Shown: one piece after another, positions 35,039 through 42,613 of the stretch
Position numbering within the stretch: the first letter of the stretch is position 1
How the letters are laid out: every line of letters starts with the position of its first letter
Assembly: GCA_965371245.1 (NCBI GenBank)
Contig: CBDUXT010000006.1
Span: 20,118 to 84,117, forward strand
Source: an uncultured bacterium
GTDB taxonomy: Bacteria; Planctomycetota; Phycisphaerae; UBA1845
Reading direction: 5' to 3'
Length of the DNA stretch: 64,000 bases
Notes under the pieces: generated by a model
What the model was told of the DNA's origin: nothing
Database searches by the model: none
Seen by the model: only the letters and a program-made list of their open reading frames with translations
Position numbers and translations under genes: made by a program

Positions 35039-35952
35039 TGAGCGACACTCTCGAACTACACGAGGCAACCCGGGTTCTGGCGCGTTCGCGCGTCGCCGAC
35101 TACTGGGAGCTGACCAAGCCGCGGATCGCCGGCATGGTGCTGGCGGCCACGGGCATCGGGTTCTACCTCGCCTTGCCCTCGGAGGCATCGATCGCCGTAC
35201 TGCCGCTCCTATTTCACACGTTGATCGCAACGGCTCTGGTGGGCGGCGGAGCGAACGCCCTCAATCAATACATCGAGGCGCCCTATGACCGGATGATGGT
35301 CCGGACCGCCCGGCGACCACTGGCGGCGGGTCGTCTGACCGCGGCGGAAGGGTTGTGGTTCGCCATCCTCCTTGGGATCGCGGGTGTCTCTTATCTGGCA
35401 CTGATGGTGAACCCGCTGGCGGCCGCGATTGCGGCGGTGTCGTTTTTGACATACGCGCTGGTCTACACGCCGCTCAAACGGACCACGATGATGTGCGTCT
35501 TCGTGGGCGCGGTCCCGGGGGCGTTGCCGCCGGTGATCGGTTGGGCGGCGGTGTCCGGTTCGCTGACGACCGGTACGTGGTTGCTCTTCGCCGTGCTGTA
35601 TTTCTGGCAACTTCCGCACTTCGCCGCGATCGCCTGGCTGTACAAAGAGGACTATGCCCGCGCCGGTTATCCGATGCTTCCGGTGATCGACCCTAACGGC
35701 ACGCGCACGAACATGCACGTGGTCACGCACTCGGTCGCCCTGTTGACCGCGAGCCTGCTGCCCGCTTTTTACGGCATGGTCGGTGCGATCTACGCGATTA
35801 GTGCCGTCGTCCTCGGGTTGGCCTTTCTGGGGTTCGGCATCTCGTTTCTGATGTCCAAGACCAAGGCCCGCGCGCGCCGGCACCTGATCGCCTCGTTGGT
35901 GTACCTGCCGGCGCTGTTCGCCACCATGCTGATCGATAAGGTGGCGGCGTAG
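35038..35952 (+). CDS. ctaB: Protohaem IX farnesyltransferase (haem O synthase)
   Basis: Overlaps the ctaA stop (TGATG). UbiA-family motifs GGGANALNQYIEAPYDRMMVRTARRP and YKEDYARAGYPMLP. Confidence 0.9.
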   Translation: MSDTLELHEATRVLARSRVADYWELTKPRIAGMVLAATGIGFYLALPSEASIAVLPLLFHTLIATALVGGGANALNQYIEAPYDRMMVRTARRPLAAGRLTAAEGLWFAILLGIAGVSYLALMVNPLAAAIAAVSFLTYALVYTPLKRTTMMCVFVGAVPGALPPVIGWAAVSGSLTTGTWLLFAVLYFWQLPHFAAIAWLYKEDYARAGYPMLPVIDPNGTRTNMHVVTHSVALLTASLLPAFYGMVGAIYAISAVVLGLAFLGFGISFLMSKTKARARRHLIASLVYLPALFATMLIDKVAA

Positions 35953-35983
35953 ACGGCTGTCCTCTCTCCACGCGGAACTCGCC

Positions 35984-36937
35984 GTGAATCCATCCCTAGC
36001 CGCTGAAATCGAATCGGTGACTCATCGGTACGGCTCGCGCGTCGCGCTGAACGACGTGACGTTGTCGGTCTCACAGCCGTCGATCTTCGGGCTCGTCGGA
36101 CCCAACGGTGGTGGAAAGACCACACTCTTCCGCATCCTCACAACCCTGCTGACCCCTTCCAGCGGGGTTGCTCGGGTAGCGGGGGCGGATGTCGTGCGCG
36201 AACGGGAACAGGTTCGCTCGAGAATCGGCATCGTCTTCCAGCACCCGAGCCTGGATCGCGAGCTTTCCGTTCGTGAGAACATGCATCACCAGGGTCACCT
36301 GTACGGCCTGAAGGGGGCGGAACTGAAGCGGCGAACCGTGACGCTTCTCGAACGCTTCGGCGTTCTCGACCGCGCCGAAGATCGCGTGAAGACGCTGTCG
36401 GGCGGGTTGCAGCGTCGGGTCGAGCTGGCCAAGGCGCTGCTGCACGATCCGCGGGTCTTGCTTCTCGATGAGCCCAGCACGGGGCTCGACCCCGGCGCGC
36501 GGATGGCGCTGATGGACCGGCTGGTGGAGCTGCGCGACGGCTGTGGGGTCAGCACGCTCATCACCACGCACCTGATGGATGAGGCCGACCGGTGCGACCG
36601 CGTCGGGTTTCTCGACCAAGGTCGGCTTGTGGCGGTGGATACGCCGGCGGCGCTGAAGGCCACCATTGGCGGCGACGTCGTGACCGTGGCGACCGGTCAT
36701 CCCGCGGCACTGGCCGCCGCCGTGTCGAAACGCTTCGGCGTCGCCCCCGAAGTGATCGACGGATTGGTTCACATCGAGTGGGACCGGGGGCACGAGTTCG
36801 TGCCGGAGCTGATCGAGGCGTTTCCCGGCGAGGTCGAGAGTGTGACCGTGGGCAAGCCGACATTGGACGATGTGTTCGTCCGCCTGACCGGTCATCGGAT
36901 AGAGGAAGAGACGCCCGGCGCTTCGAAATCGAGTTAA
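35984..36937 (+). CDS. ABC transporter ATP-binding protein
   Basis: 317 aa, GTG start. Walker A GPNGGGKTT, signature LSGGLQRR, Walker B LLLDEPSTGLD. Confidence 0.9.
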   Translation: MNPSLAAEIESVTHRYGSRVALNDVTLSVSQPSIFGLVGPNGGGKTTLFRILTTLLTPSSGVARVAGADVVREREQVRSRIGIVFQHPSLDRELSVRENMHHQGHLYGLKGAELKRRTVTLLERFGVLDRAEDRVKTLSGGLQRRVELAKALLHDPRVLLLDEPSTGLDPGARMALMDRLVELRDGCGVSTLITTHLMDEADRCDRVGFLDQGRLVAVDTPAALKATIGGDVVTVATGHPAALAAAVSKRFGVAPEVIDGLVHIEWDRGHEFVPELIEAFPGEVESVTVGKPTLDDVFVRLTGHRIEEETPGASKSS

Positions 36938-36943
36938 CGAACC

Positions 36944-37747
36944 ATGGCACACGCACCGTCCGCCAGCGCTACGCTGTTACCCGCCCTCTCTCTTTGGCGG
37001 CGAGAGGTCGTGCGCTTTGTCCGACAGCGCAGCCGCGTGATCGGGGCGCTGGGGACCCCGGTGGTCTTCTGGTTGTTGATCGGCTCAGGGCTGCGCAACT
37101 CATTCCGGATGAGCGGGAATGACTCCGTGAGCTATCTGACCTTCGCGTTCCCCGGGACGATCGTGTTGATCGTGCTCTTCACGGCCATCTTCTCGACCAT
37201 CTCGATCATTGAGGATCGCCGAGAGGGGTTCTTGCAAGCGGTCCTGGCGGCCCCCGTTGGTCGCTTGGCCATCGTTCTCGGCAAGGTGCTGGGCAGCACG
37301 ACCCTCGCGGTTGTTCAGGGGATGCTGTTTCTTCTTTTGGCTCCTTTCGCGGGCGTACCGACGAGCGTCGGCTCCGTACTCGCGGTGTTCGGCGTGCTTG
37401 TGCTGGTAGGGCTGGGGCTCAGCGCGCTGGGTTTCCTGATCGCCTGGCGGATGGAGTCCACGCAGGGGTTCCACGCCGTGATGAATCTCTTCTTGATGCC
37501 GATGTGGTTATTGTCCGGGGCGTTCTTCCCCGCCGGCGGAGCGTCAAGCTGGTTGGCTTGGGTGATGGCGATCAATCCCCTGACGTACGGCGTGTCCGCG
37601 CTACGCCACGCGATGTATCTGGGCACCGGTGACGCGCGGGCGGATTTGCCGTCGCTGCCGTGGTCGCTGGCCGTTACCGTTGCGTTCACGCTGGTGATGT
37701 TGGCACTGTCCGCCCGAGCGGTCGGACGCAATGGAGCGGCGCGATGA
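36944..37747 (+). CDS. ABC-2 type transporter permease
   Basis: 267 aa, 6 TM, ABC-2 layout. Lies immediately after the ATPase. Confidence 0.85.
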   Translation: MAHAPSASATLLPALSLWRREVVRFVRQRSRVIGALGTPVVFWLLIGSGLRNSFRMSGNDSVSYLTFAFPGTIVLIVLFTAIFSTISIIEDRREGFLQAVLAAPVGRLAIVLGKVLGSTTLAVVQGMLFLLLAPFAGVPTSVGSVLAVFGVLVLVGLGLSALGFLIAWRMESTQGFHAVMNLFLMPMWLLSGAFFPAGGASSWLAWVMAINPLTYGVSALRHAMYLGTGDARADLPSLPWSLAVTVAFTLVMLALSARAVGRNGAAR

Positions 37748-37786
37748 AGGGCTTGCGTACGATCGAACGGCGTGGCGTTGAAGAGC

Positions 37787-37897
37787 GGTTGGGTGGCATG
37801 GTCCACGCTCGCGTGGCCATGTGCTGGGTGCGTCGATCCATGCCCGCGCCTCCTGCTTGGGCATGCCACCCGACTCGGGCTTGGGCATGCCACCCGA
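37787..37897. repeat. Repeat insertion: inverted GGTTGGGTGGCATGG plus two perfect 18-nt direct repeats
   Basis: CTTGGGCATGCCACCCGA occurs at 37856-37873 and again at 37880-37897 (24-nt period). An inverted relative GGTTGGGTGGCATGG lies at 37787-37801. The GGGC..CCACCC core resembles the family 2 arms. Confidence 0.8.
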
Positions 37898-38574
37898 AGA
37901 AAGGAAGAGCCTTCTTAGAAACGGTACTAGCTAGACCGCGTTTCCGCGAAGGCAACATCATCGCCCCGGGCCGGCTCGCCGTTGTACTGGCCGCGCTCCT
38001 CGTGCCCATGGGATGCTCGCGCGACAAAGAAAACGGCGCGGGGGGCACGTTCCTCTTAGCCGACAACGGAATTCCCCTGCCGGAGTTCGCGTTGATCCGT
38101 GCCGACGGGAAGACGGTCTCGAAGGCCGACTTTATCGGTACCGTCTGGGTCGCGGACTTCATCTTCACGACGTGCGCCGGGCCTTGTCCGGAGCTTACCC
38201 TGCGAATGCGGAGTCTCCAAAAGGGGCTGGAACAGTTCGGCAGCGATGCCAAGAGCGTGTCGTTCACGGTCGATCCCGCCCACGACAAGCCCGCCGTGCT
38301 ACGGGCCTATGCGAAGCGCTTCGACGCCGACCCGAGCCGTTGGTGGTTTCTCACCAGCAACGACGAGGCCGCCATGCACGAGCTGGTGACCGCCGGGTTT
38401 CTCCAAGCGCTCTCGCCGTCGCGCGGCGGGTCGGCGATCATCCACAGCACGCGATTCGTTCTGGTGGATAAGGCCGGTCGCATCCGCGGCTGGTATGACG
38501 GCCTCCAGGCAGCCTCCAAAGCGGCCATCCTTCGCGCCGTCGAAACCCTGTTGCGTGAGCCGACGGGCACATGA
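37840..38574 (+). CDS. SCO1/SenC copper chaperone (lipoprotein); start codon uncertain
   Basis: Thioredoxin-fold CxxxC motif FIFTTCAGPCPELT. Lipobox-like LAALLVPMGCS. The in-frame ATGs (37744, 37840) lie upstream of or inside the repeat insertion. A non-canonical start near 37960 (ATC after GAAGG) is possible. Confidence 0.75.
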   Translation: MPAPPAWACHPTRAWACHPKKGRAFLETVLARPRFREGNIIAPGRLAVVLAALLVPMGCSRDKENGAGGTFLLADNGIPLPEFALIRADGKTVSKADFIGTVWVADFIFTTCAGPCPELTLRMRSLQKGLEQFGSDAKSVSFTVDPAHDKPAVLRAYAKRFDADPSRWWFLTSNDEAAMHELVTAGFLQALSPSRGGSAIIHSTRFVLVDKAGRIRGWYDGLQAASKAAILRAVETLLREPTGT

Positions 38575-39005
38575 TCCAGCTCACCGACCTACCAGGCGTC
38601 AACGCCACCCTGAACTCGATCAGCTTCGTGCTGTTGATGACCGGCTACGCCTTCATTCGGCGACGGCGGATCACCGCCCACAAGCGGTGCATGGTGGCCG
38701 CCTTCGTCGTCTCGATCCTGTTCCTGATCTCGTATCTGACGTACCGGTTCCTCGGTTCGGACAAGCACTTCGGCGGTACGGGGTGGATTCGACCCGTGTA
38801 CTTCGTCATTCTGATCACGCACGTGGCGCTGGCCGCCACGGTTCCGGTGCTGGCAAGCTGGACGCTCTACCTTGGGCTGAAGGGGCGGGTCGAGAAGCAC
38901 CGGCGAATGGCGCGGATCACCTTTCCGATCTGGACCTACGTGTCCGTTACCGGCGTGGTCGTGTATCTGCTTCTCTTCAAAATCTACGGAACCGCCGAGG
39001 GTTAG
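38571..39005 (+). CDS. DUF420 membrane protein (CtaM-like oxidase assembly factor)
   Basis: 144 aa. ATGA overlap with SCO1. LPGVNATLNSISFVLLMTGYAFIRRRRITAHKRCM plus 4 TM matches my memory of DUF420. Confidence 0.75.
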   Translation: MIQLTDLPGVNATLNSISFVLLMTGYAFIRRRRITAHKRCMVAAFVVSILFLISYLTYRFLGSDKHFGGTGWIRPVYFVILITHVALAATVPVLASWTLYLGLKGRVEKHRRMARITFPIWTYVSVTGVVVYLLLFKIYGTAEG

Positions 39006-39095
39006 ATGTCCGGTTTTGCGGCAAATGGTCCCGTGCGATAGAATGTTGGCTCGTGGTTGGGCCGTTTGCCGGAGCATTCGTAAGGAGCAGTAACG

Positions 39096-39530
39096 ATGGT
39101 TGAGGAAACGGTGGACCTGAAGGCGTGCGTCGAGGGCGGCGACGGCATCTCCGTGATTCGTGGCAGCGAGATATGCCGTGGATGGAACAACATTCGCTAC
39201 AAGGTGGGGCTGTCGGCCAAGAACGTGGGCAGCAAGAAGCTGTCGATGAACGTGGCCACCATTCCACCCGGCGGCGTGGCGTTCGCCCACATCCATGTGG
39301 ATTTCGAGGTGATGCTGTACCTGCTGAAGGGCGACGTCCGCCACGAGTATGGGCCGGGGTGCAAGACGGTGGTTGAGAACACCGCGGGCGATTTCATCTT
39401 CATTGAGCCCGGCATCCCGCATGAGGTGTTCAACAAGAGCGACACGGAGCCGGTGGTGGCCGTCGTGGCACGCTCCGACGCCAACGAGTGGGAAAACATC
39501 ATCAACTACGACCGCAAGGCCGGGGGGTAG
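39096..39530 (+). CDS. Cupin domain protein
   Basis: 144 aa, AAGGAG RBS. Cupin metal motifs in PPGGVAFAHIHVDFEVMLYLLKGD and GDFIFIEPGIPHEVFN. Confidence 0.8.
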   Translation: MVEETVDLKACVEGGDGISVIRGSEICRGWNNIRYKVGLSAKNVGSKKLSMNVATIPPGGVAFAHIHVDFEVMLYLLKGDVRHEYGPGCKTVVENTAGDFIFIEPGIPHEVFNKSDTEPVVAVVARSDANEWENIINYDRKAGG

Positions 39531-39546
39531 AACCGGGCCGGCATGG

Positions 39547-39640
39547 GTCCGTGAGACTTCCCACGGGCTCGGCGCGCCCAGTCAGAGCCGCGGGCGCCAA
39601 CCCGCGAACCCAGGCGTCAGCTTGCCACCAGGCTGGCATT
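39547..39640 (+). repeat. Family 1 repeat, copy C
   Basis: GTCCGTGAGACTTCC...GTCAGAGCC plus hairpin GCGGG-cgccaa-CCCGC (39590-39605), then GCGTCAGC. Confidence 0.7.
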
Positions 39641-39657
39641 CGCCCATTTCCGGGGTC

Positions 39658-39685
39658 TTGACGCGGGTAGCGGATAGGCTACAGT
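39658..39685 (+). promoter_or_regulatory. Sigma-70-like promoter candidate for rplM-rpsI
   Basis: TTGACG (39658-39663), 16-nt spacer, TACAGT (39680-39685), about 47 nt upstream of the rplM ATG. Confidence 0.4.
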
Positions 39686-39731
39686 AATGGGCTCGGCGCG
39701 GATGGCCCGAGCGGTTTCAGGCGATAACCTC

Positions 39732-40175
39732 ATGGTGCAAGCGAACTTACGAACAACGTTGGCCAAGACGGGCAAGGTCGAACAGGCGTGGTTCATCGTT
39801 GACGCAACGGACATGATCCTCGGTCGGCTGGCGACCAGGATCGCTACGGTGTTGATGGGCAAGCACAAGCCCTCCTACACGCCTCACGTGGACACCGGCG
39901 ACTTCGTCATCGTCACCAACGCCCACAAGATCCGCGTCACCGGACGCAAGAACGAGACGATGAGTTACCCGCGGTACTCCTATTACCCCGGCGGGTACAA
40001 GGAGACGCCCTACGAGACCGTGCTGGAACGCCATCCGGACCGAATTCTTCGGGAGTCCGTTCGGCGTATGCTGCCCAAGAGCGCCCTTGGCCGGCACATG
40101 CTCATGAAGCTCAAGCTGTATACATCCGACGAGCATCCGCACGCGGCGCAGCAACCCGTCCCGTTTGAGTTCTAA
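39732..40175 (+). CDS. rplM: 50S ribosomal protein L13
   Basis: WFIVDATDMILGRLATRIATVLMGKHKPSYTPHVDTGDFVIVTNA is canonical L13. Confidence 0.95.
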   Translation: MVQANLRTTLAKTGKVEQAWFIVDATDMILGRLATRIATVLMGKHKPSYTPHVDTGDFVIVTNAHKIRVTGRKNETMSYPRYSYYPGGYKETPYETVLERHPDRILRESVRRMLPKSALGRHMLMKLKLYTSDEHPHAAQQPVPFEF

Positions 40176-40204
40176 GAAGATCGAACCGGAAAGAATGAAC
40201 CACC

Positions 40205-40696
40205 ATGACCGACGAGCCGACCCCCACCACCCCGGACGTAGTCAAACCGCCTTCCGACGGGGCGCCAACGCCCCCGCAAACCCCGAAGCCCAAAAAGTCG
40301 AAGGTCAACAACCCCTACATTTGGGGTACGGGGCGGCGAAAGGCCGCGGTTGCCCGCGTCCGGATTCGTCCCGGCGAGGGCAAGTTCCTCATCAACAAAC
40401 GCGAGATCGGCAAGTACTTCTGCCTGGAGAAGGATCGCGATTGGGCCACCACGCCGCTCCGCGTGACCGACACCGCCAAGACCTTCGACGTGTGGGTCAA
40501 CGTCGGCGGCGGCGGAATCACCGGCCAAGCGGGTGCCGTGCTGCTGGGGCTCGCCCGGGCACTCAGCAAGATCGATCCTGAGTACAACACCAAACTGCGC
40601 GAGCAACATCTTCTCAAGCGCGACCCGCGACGGGTCGAGCGCAAAAAGCCCGGCCAACCCGGCGCTCGCAAGAAGTTCCAGTTCTCGAAGCGTTAA
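40205..40696 (+). CDS. rpsI: 30S ribosomal protein S9 (with Pro/Thr-rich N-terminal extension)
   Basis: GTGRRKAAVARVRIRPGEGKFLIN ... KKPGQPGARKKFQFSKR is canonical S9. It is preceded by about 35 aa of PTPTTPDVVKPPSDGAPTPPQTPKPKK. Confidence 0.95.
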   Translation: MTDEPTPTTPDVVKPPSDGAPTPPQTPKPKKSKVNNPYIWGTGRRKAAVARVRIRPGEGKFLINKREIGKYFCLEKDRDWATTPLRVTDTAKTFDVWVNVGGGGITGQAGAVLLGLARALSKIDPEYNTKLREQHLLKRDPRRVERKKPGQPGARKKFQFSKR

Positions 40697-40733
40697 GAGT
40701 CCGGTTCATCCGGCACGGCGGCGAAACAACGAC

Positions 40734-40764
40734 GGCTCCCCTGTCTTGGGGAGCCGTTTTTTTT
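40734..40764 (+). terminator. Rho-independent terminator of rplM-rpsI
   Basis: GGCTCCCC-tgtctt-GGGGAGCC followed by GTTTTTTTT. Confidence 0.85.
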
Positions 40765-40900
40765 GCGCGTGTCGGCGATCGGCACGACGACCACGACCGC
40801 CGCCATGATCGCTTCGCACCTTTCACGATGAGTTCCGATCAAGTTGTCCGACCTCCCGTGATGTAGACGGCGGACGCAGTACGGGAACATCCGCGGATAG

Positions 40901-41344
40901 CTAGGCGTGCCCTGGTAAACGCCGCTTCATCAGTAGATCGACGTTCCCGTATTGAGCCCCTTCCAGCGCGTGAAGGTCGTGTTCGATGTCGATATTGGGA
41001 CCGAGCTTGCTCGTCCAGCTCCCGTCCGCGTTTTGCCGTGCGGCATGGGTCGGTTTGCCCTTCGGATCGACGAAAACGGCGACCTTCTCGTAGCCCGATT
41101 CCGGGGCATCCGAATCACACTCCTTGAATCCCTGTAGCGAGTACGCGGCTGCGTAAGCCTCGACCGTATAGGCGCGCGGCACCTCGGCGGGCCAATAGTA
41201 AAGATACTGGGCGTCCGGCCACCACCAGCACGTCATGTCATGCGCGGCCCAGGCGATGCAGTTGTATCGGTTGTCGCGTGGACTCGTGATCTTATAGTGC
41301 TTATCGCGAAGTCCCGGAAACGCTTGCTCCAGCCAATCCGTCAT
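40901..41344 (-). CDS. Uncharacterised 147-aa protein with conserved-looking Cys/His motifs (possible thiol hydrolase)
   Basis: Start at MTDWLEQAFPG, overlapping the upstream stop (ATGA at 41341-41344). Motifs RYNCIAWAAHD, KPTHAARQNADGSWTSKLG and DIEH. Trp/Tyr-rich, not a shadow-ORF composition. Confidence 0.7.
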   Translation of the reverse strand: MTDWLEQAFPGLRDKHYKITSPRDNRYNCIAWAAHDMTCWWWPDAQYLYYWPAEVPRAYTVEAYAAAYSLQGFKECDSDAPESGYEKVAVFVDPKGKPTHAARQNADGSWTSKLGPNIDIEHDLHALEGAQYGNVDLLMKRRLPGHA

Positions 41345-41805
41345 CCGTGGTACCCACGCCCCCGCCCCCAACGCAACCACGCCTCGGTCATGCGTTCAAC
41401 GCGACCCCGATCCTTTGCGGGGACCGGATCGCAGCCAGTGATGGCCTTGAGTGCCCAGAACCAATGATCCGGCGTTTCGCCCAGTTCCCGTAGTAGAAAC
41501 GGCAGTGCTTTGGACCCCATCCCGATGATCCGCTGGTAGGCCGGGTGCATGGCCATCTCTTCGACCGATGACGTCCATTGGGTGTCTCTGCGCCAAATCA
41601 CCACGAGTTCGGCGAACTCGTGCTCGACGCTGATCGCCTGTCGTGATGCCGGAGCGCGCCATTCCTGATGAAGTTCCTGAAAAATGCGTTGAAGCTCGAG
41701 CGCTTCCTCTCCCCCGCCAACGAAGCCGTCAACATCTTCCCCGATATGACTGCTCCCAAACCACCCCTGAAGCGGAAGGCTGGACGGACGGACAGCTAAC
41801 GTCAT
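41341..41805 (-). CDS. Uncharacterised 154-aa protein
   Basis: Start overlaps the upstream stop (ATGA at 41802-41805). C-terminal half MHPAYQRIIGMGSKALPFLLRELGETPDHWFWALKAITGCDPVP...AWLRWG looks helical. No family recognised. Confidence 0.7.
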   Translation of the reverse strand: MTLAVRPSSLPLQGWFGSSHIGEDVDGFVGGGEEALELQRIFQELHQEWRAPASRQAISVEHEFAELVVIWRRDTQWTSSVEEMAMHPAYQRIIGMGSKALPFLLRELGETPDHWFWALKAITGCDPVPAKDRGRVERMTEAWLRWGRGRGYHG

Positions 41806-42578
41806 CTGAACAACTCCTTCGTTCTTGGAGTGAGGCTATCGAAGAAGACCGTGTTCTTGACCGTTCGCAAGTCCTCGAATCTTCTCCATAGCGCTTCGTC
41901 CTTCGGATCGAGCTGCGCCGGCATGAAAGCATCGACGTCGAAGATCAGCGGGACTGTTGCGGCTGATTCTCCAAGATTGACGTTCTGAGTCAGATTCACG
42001 AAACAGGGCGGGTCATCGAACGGAATGTTAAGCCGAACAAAGAACCCTGCTAGCGTTTGCGGAAGCTTCGGCGACACCGCTGGGGCCGTCAGAACCCAAT
42101 CGCTCAACTTGGTCACCGGCGCAGGCAACTCGATGCGGTTGATGTAACGAACCGCGATCCGTTCGACCTGCCCCGGTTTCGCGATATCGACATAGGTACG
42201 CCATAAGTCTTGCGCTGCTTGCTTCAAAGCGTCCCAGGTGTCGTACGGCTTGAGTTGGCTGAAGGTGAACCCGTCGAGACGCGCCTGCACAACCTGGGTT
42301 TCGTCGGAGGACGCGAGGAGATAGCCGTCGGGTCCCTGAGATCCGGCATCCATAGCTGGGGGTCGGTCCGCCCGGAACGTGAACTGCCCTTGTAGCTTCC
42401 AGCGTTGGCGACACTTGGGAAATCGCTCGGACACGGCGTCGCGGAAGCCCGCGAGCGTTTCGAACGTCGTCGTCGATGGAAGCCTCACGCGAACGTCGAG
42501 CAGGGCTTCCGTGATCGGTGCGTTTGGAAAGTGTTCCCACTGGGTCTTCATCGGTTGCGCTCGCGACGCACCTTTCAT
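41802..42578 (-). CDS. TIGR04255-like uncharacterised protein
   Basis: Start chosen at MKGASRAQP (cat 42576-42578), preceded by GGAAGG. FPNAPITEALLDVRV...RIAVRYINRIELP...LRTVKNTVFFDSLT resembles my memory of the TIGR04255 family. Lies 35 nt downstream of the decarboxylase stop. Confidence 0.65.
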   Translation of the reverse strand: MKGASRAQPMKTQWEHFPNAPITEALLDVRVRLPSTTTFETLAGFRDAVSERFPKCRQRWKLQGQFTFRADRPPAMDAGSQGPDGYLLASSDETQVVQARLDGFTFSQLKPYDTWDALKQAAQDLWRTYVDIAKPGQVERIAVRYINRIELPAPVTKLSDWVLTAPAVSPKLPQTLAGFFVRLNIPFDDPPCFVNLTQNVNLGESAATVPLIFDVDAFMPAQLDPKDEALWRRFEDLRTVKNTVFFDSLTPRTKELFR

Positions 42579-42613
42579 AGGCTGCCTTCCCGGCGTTGTC
42601 AATTCGTTCGGGC

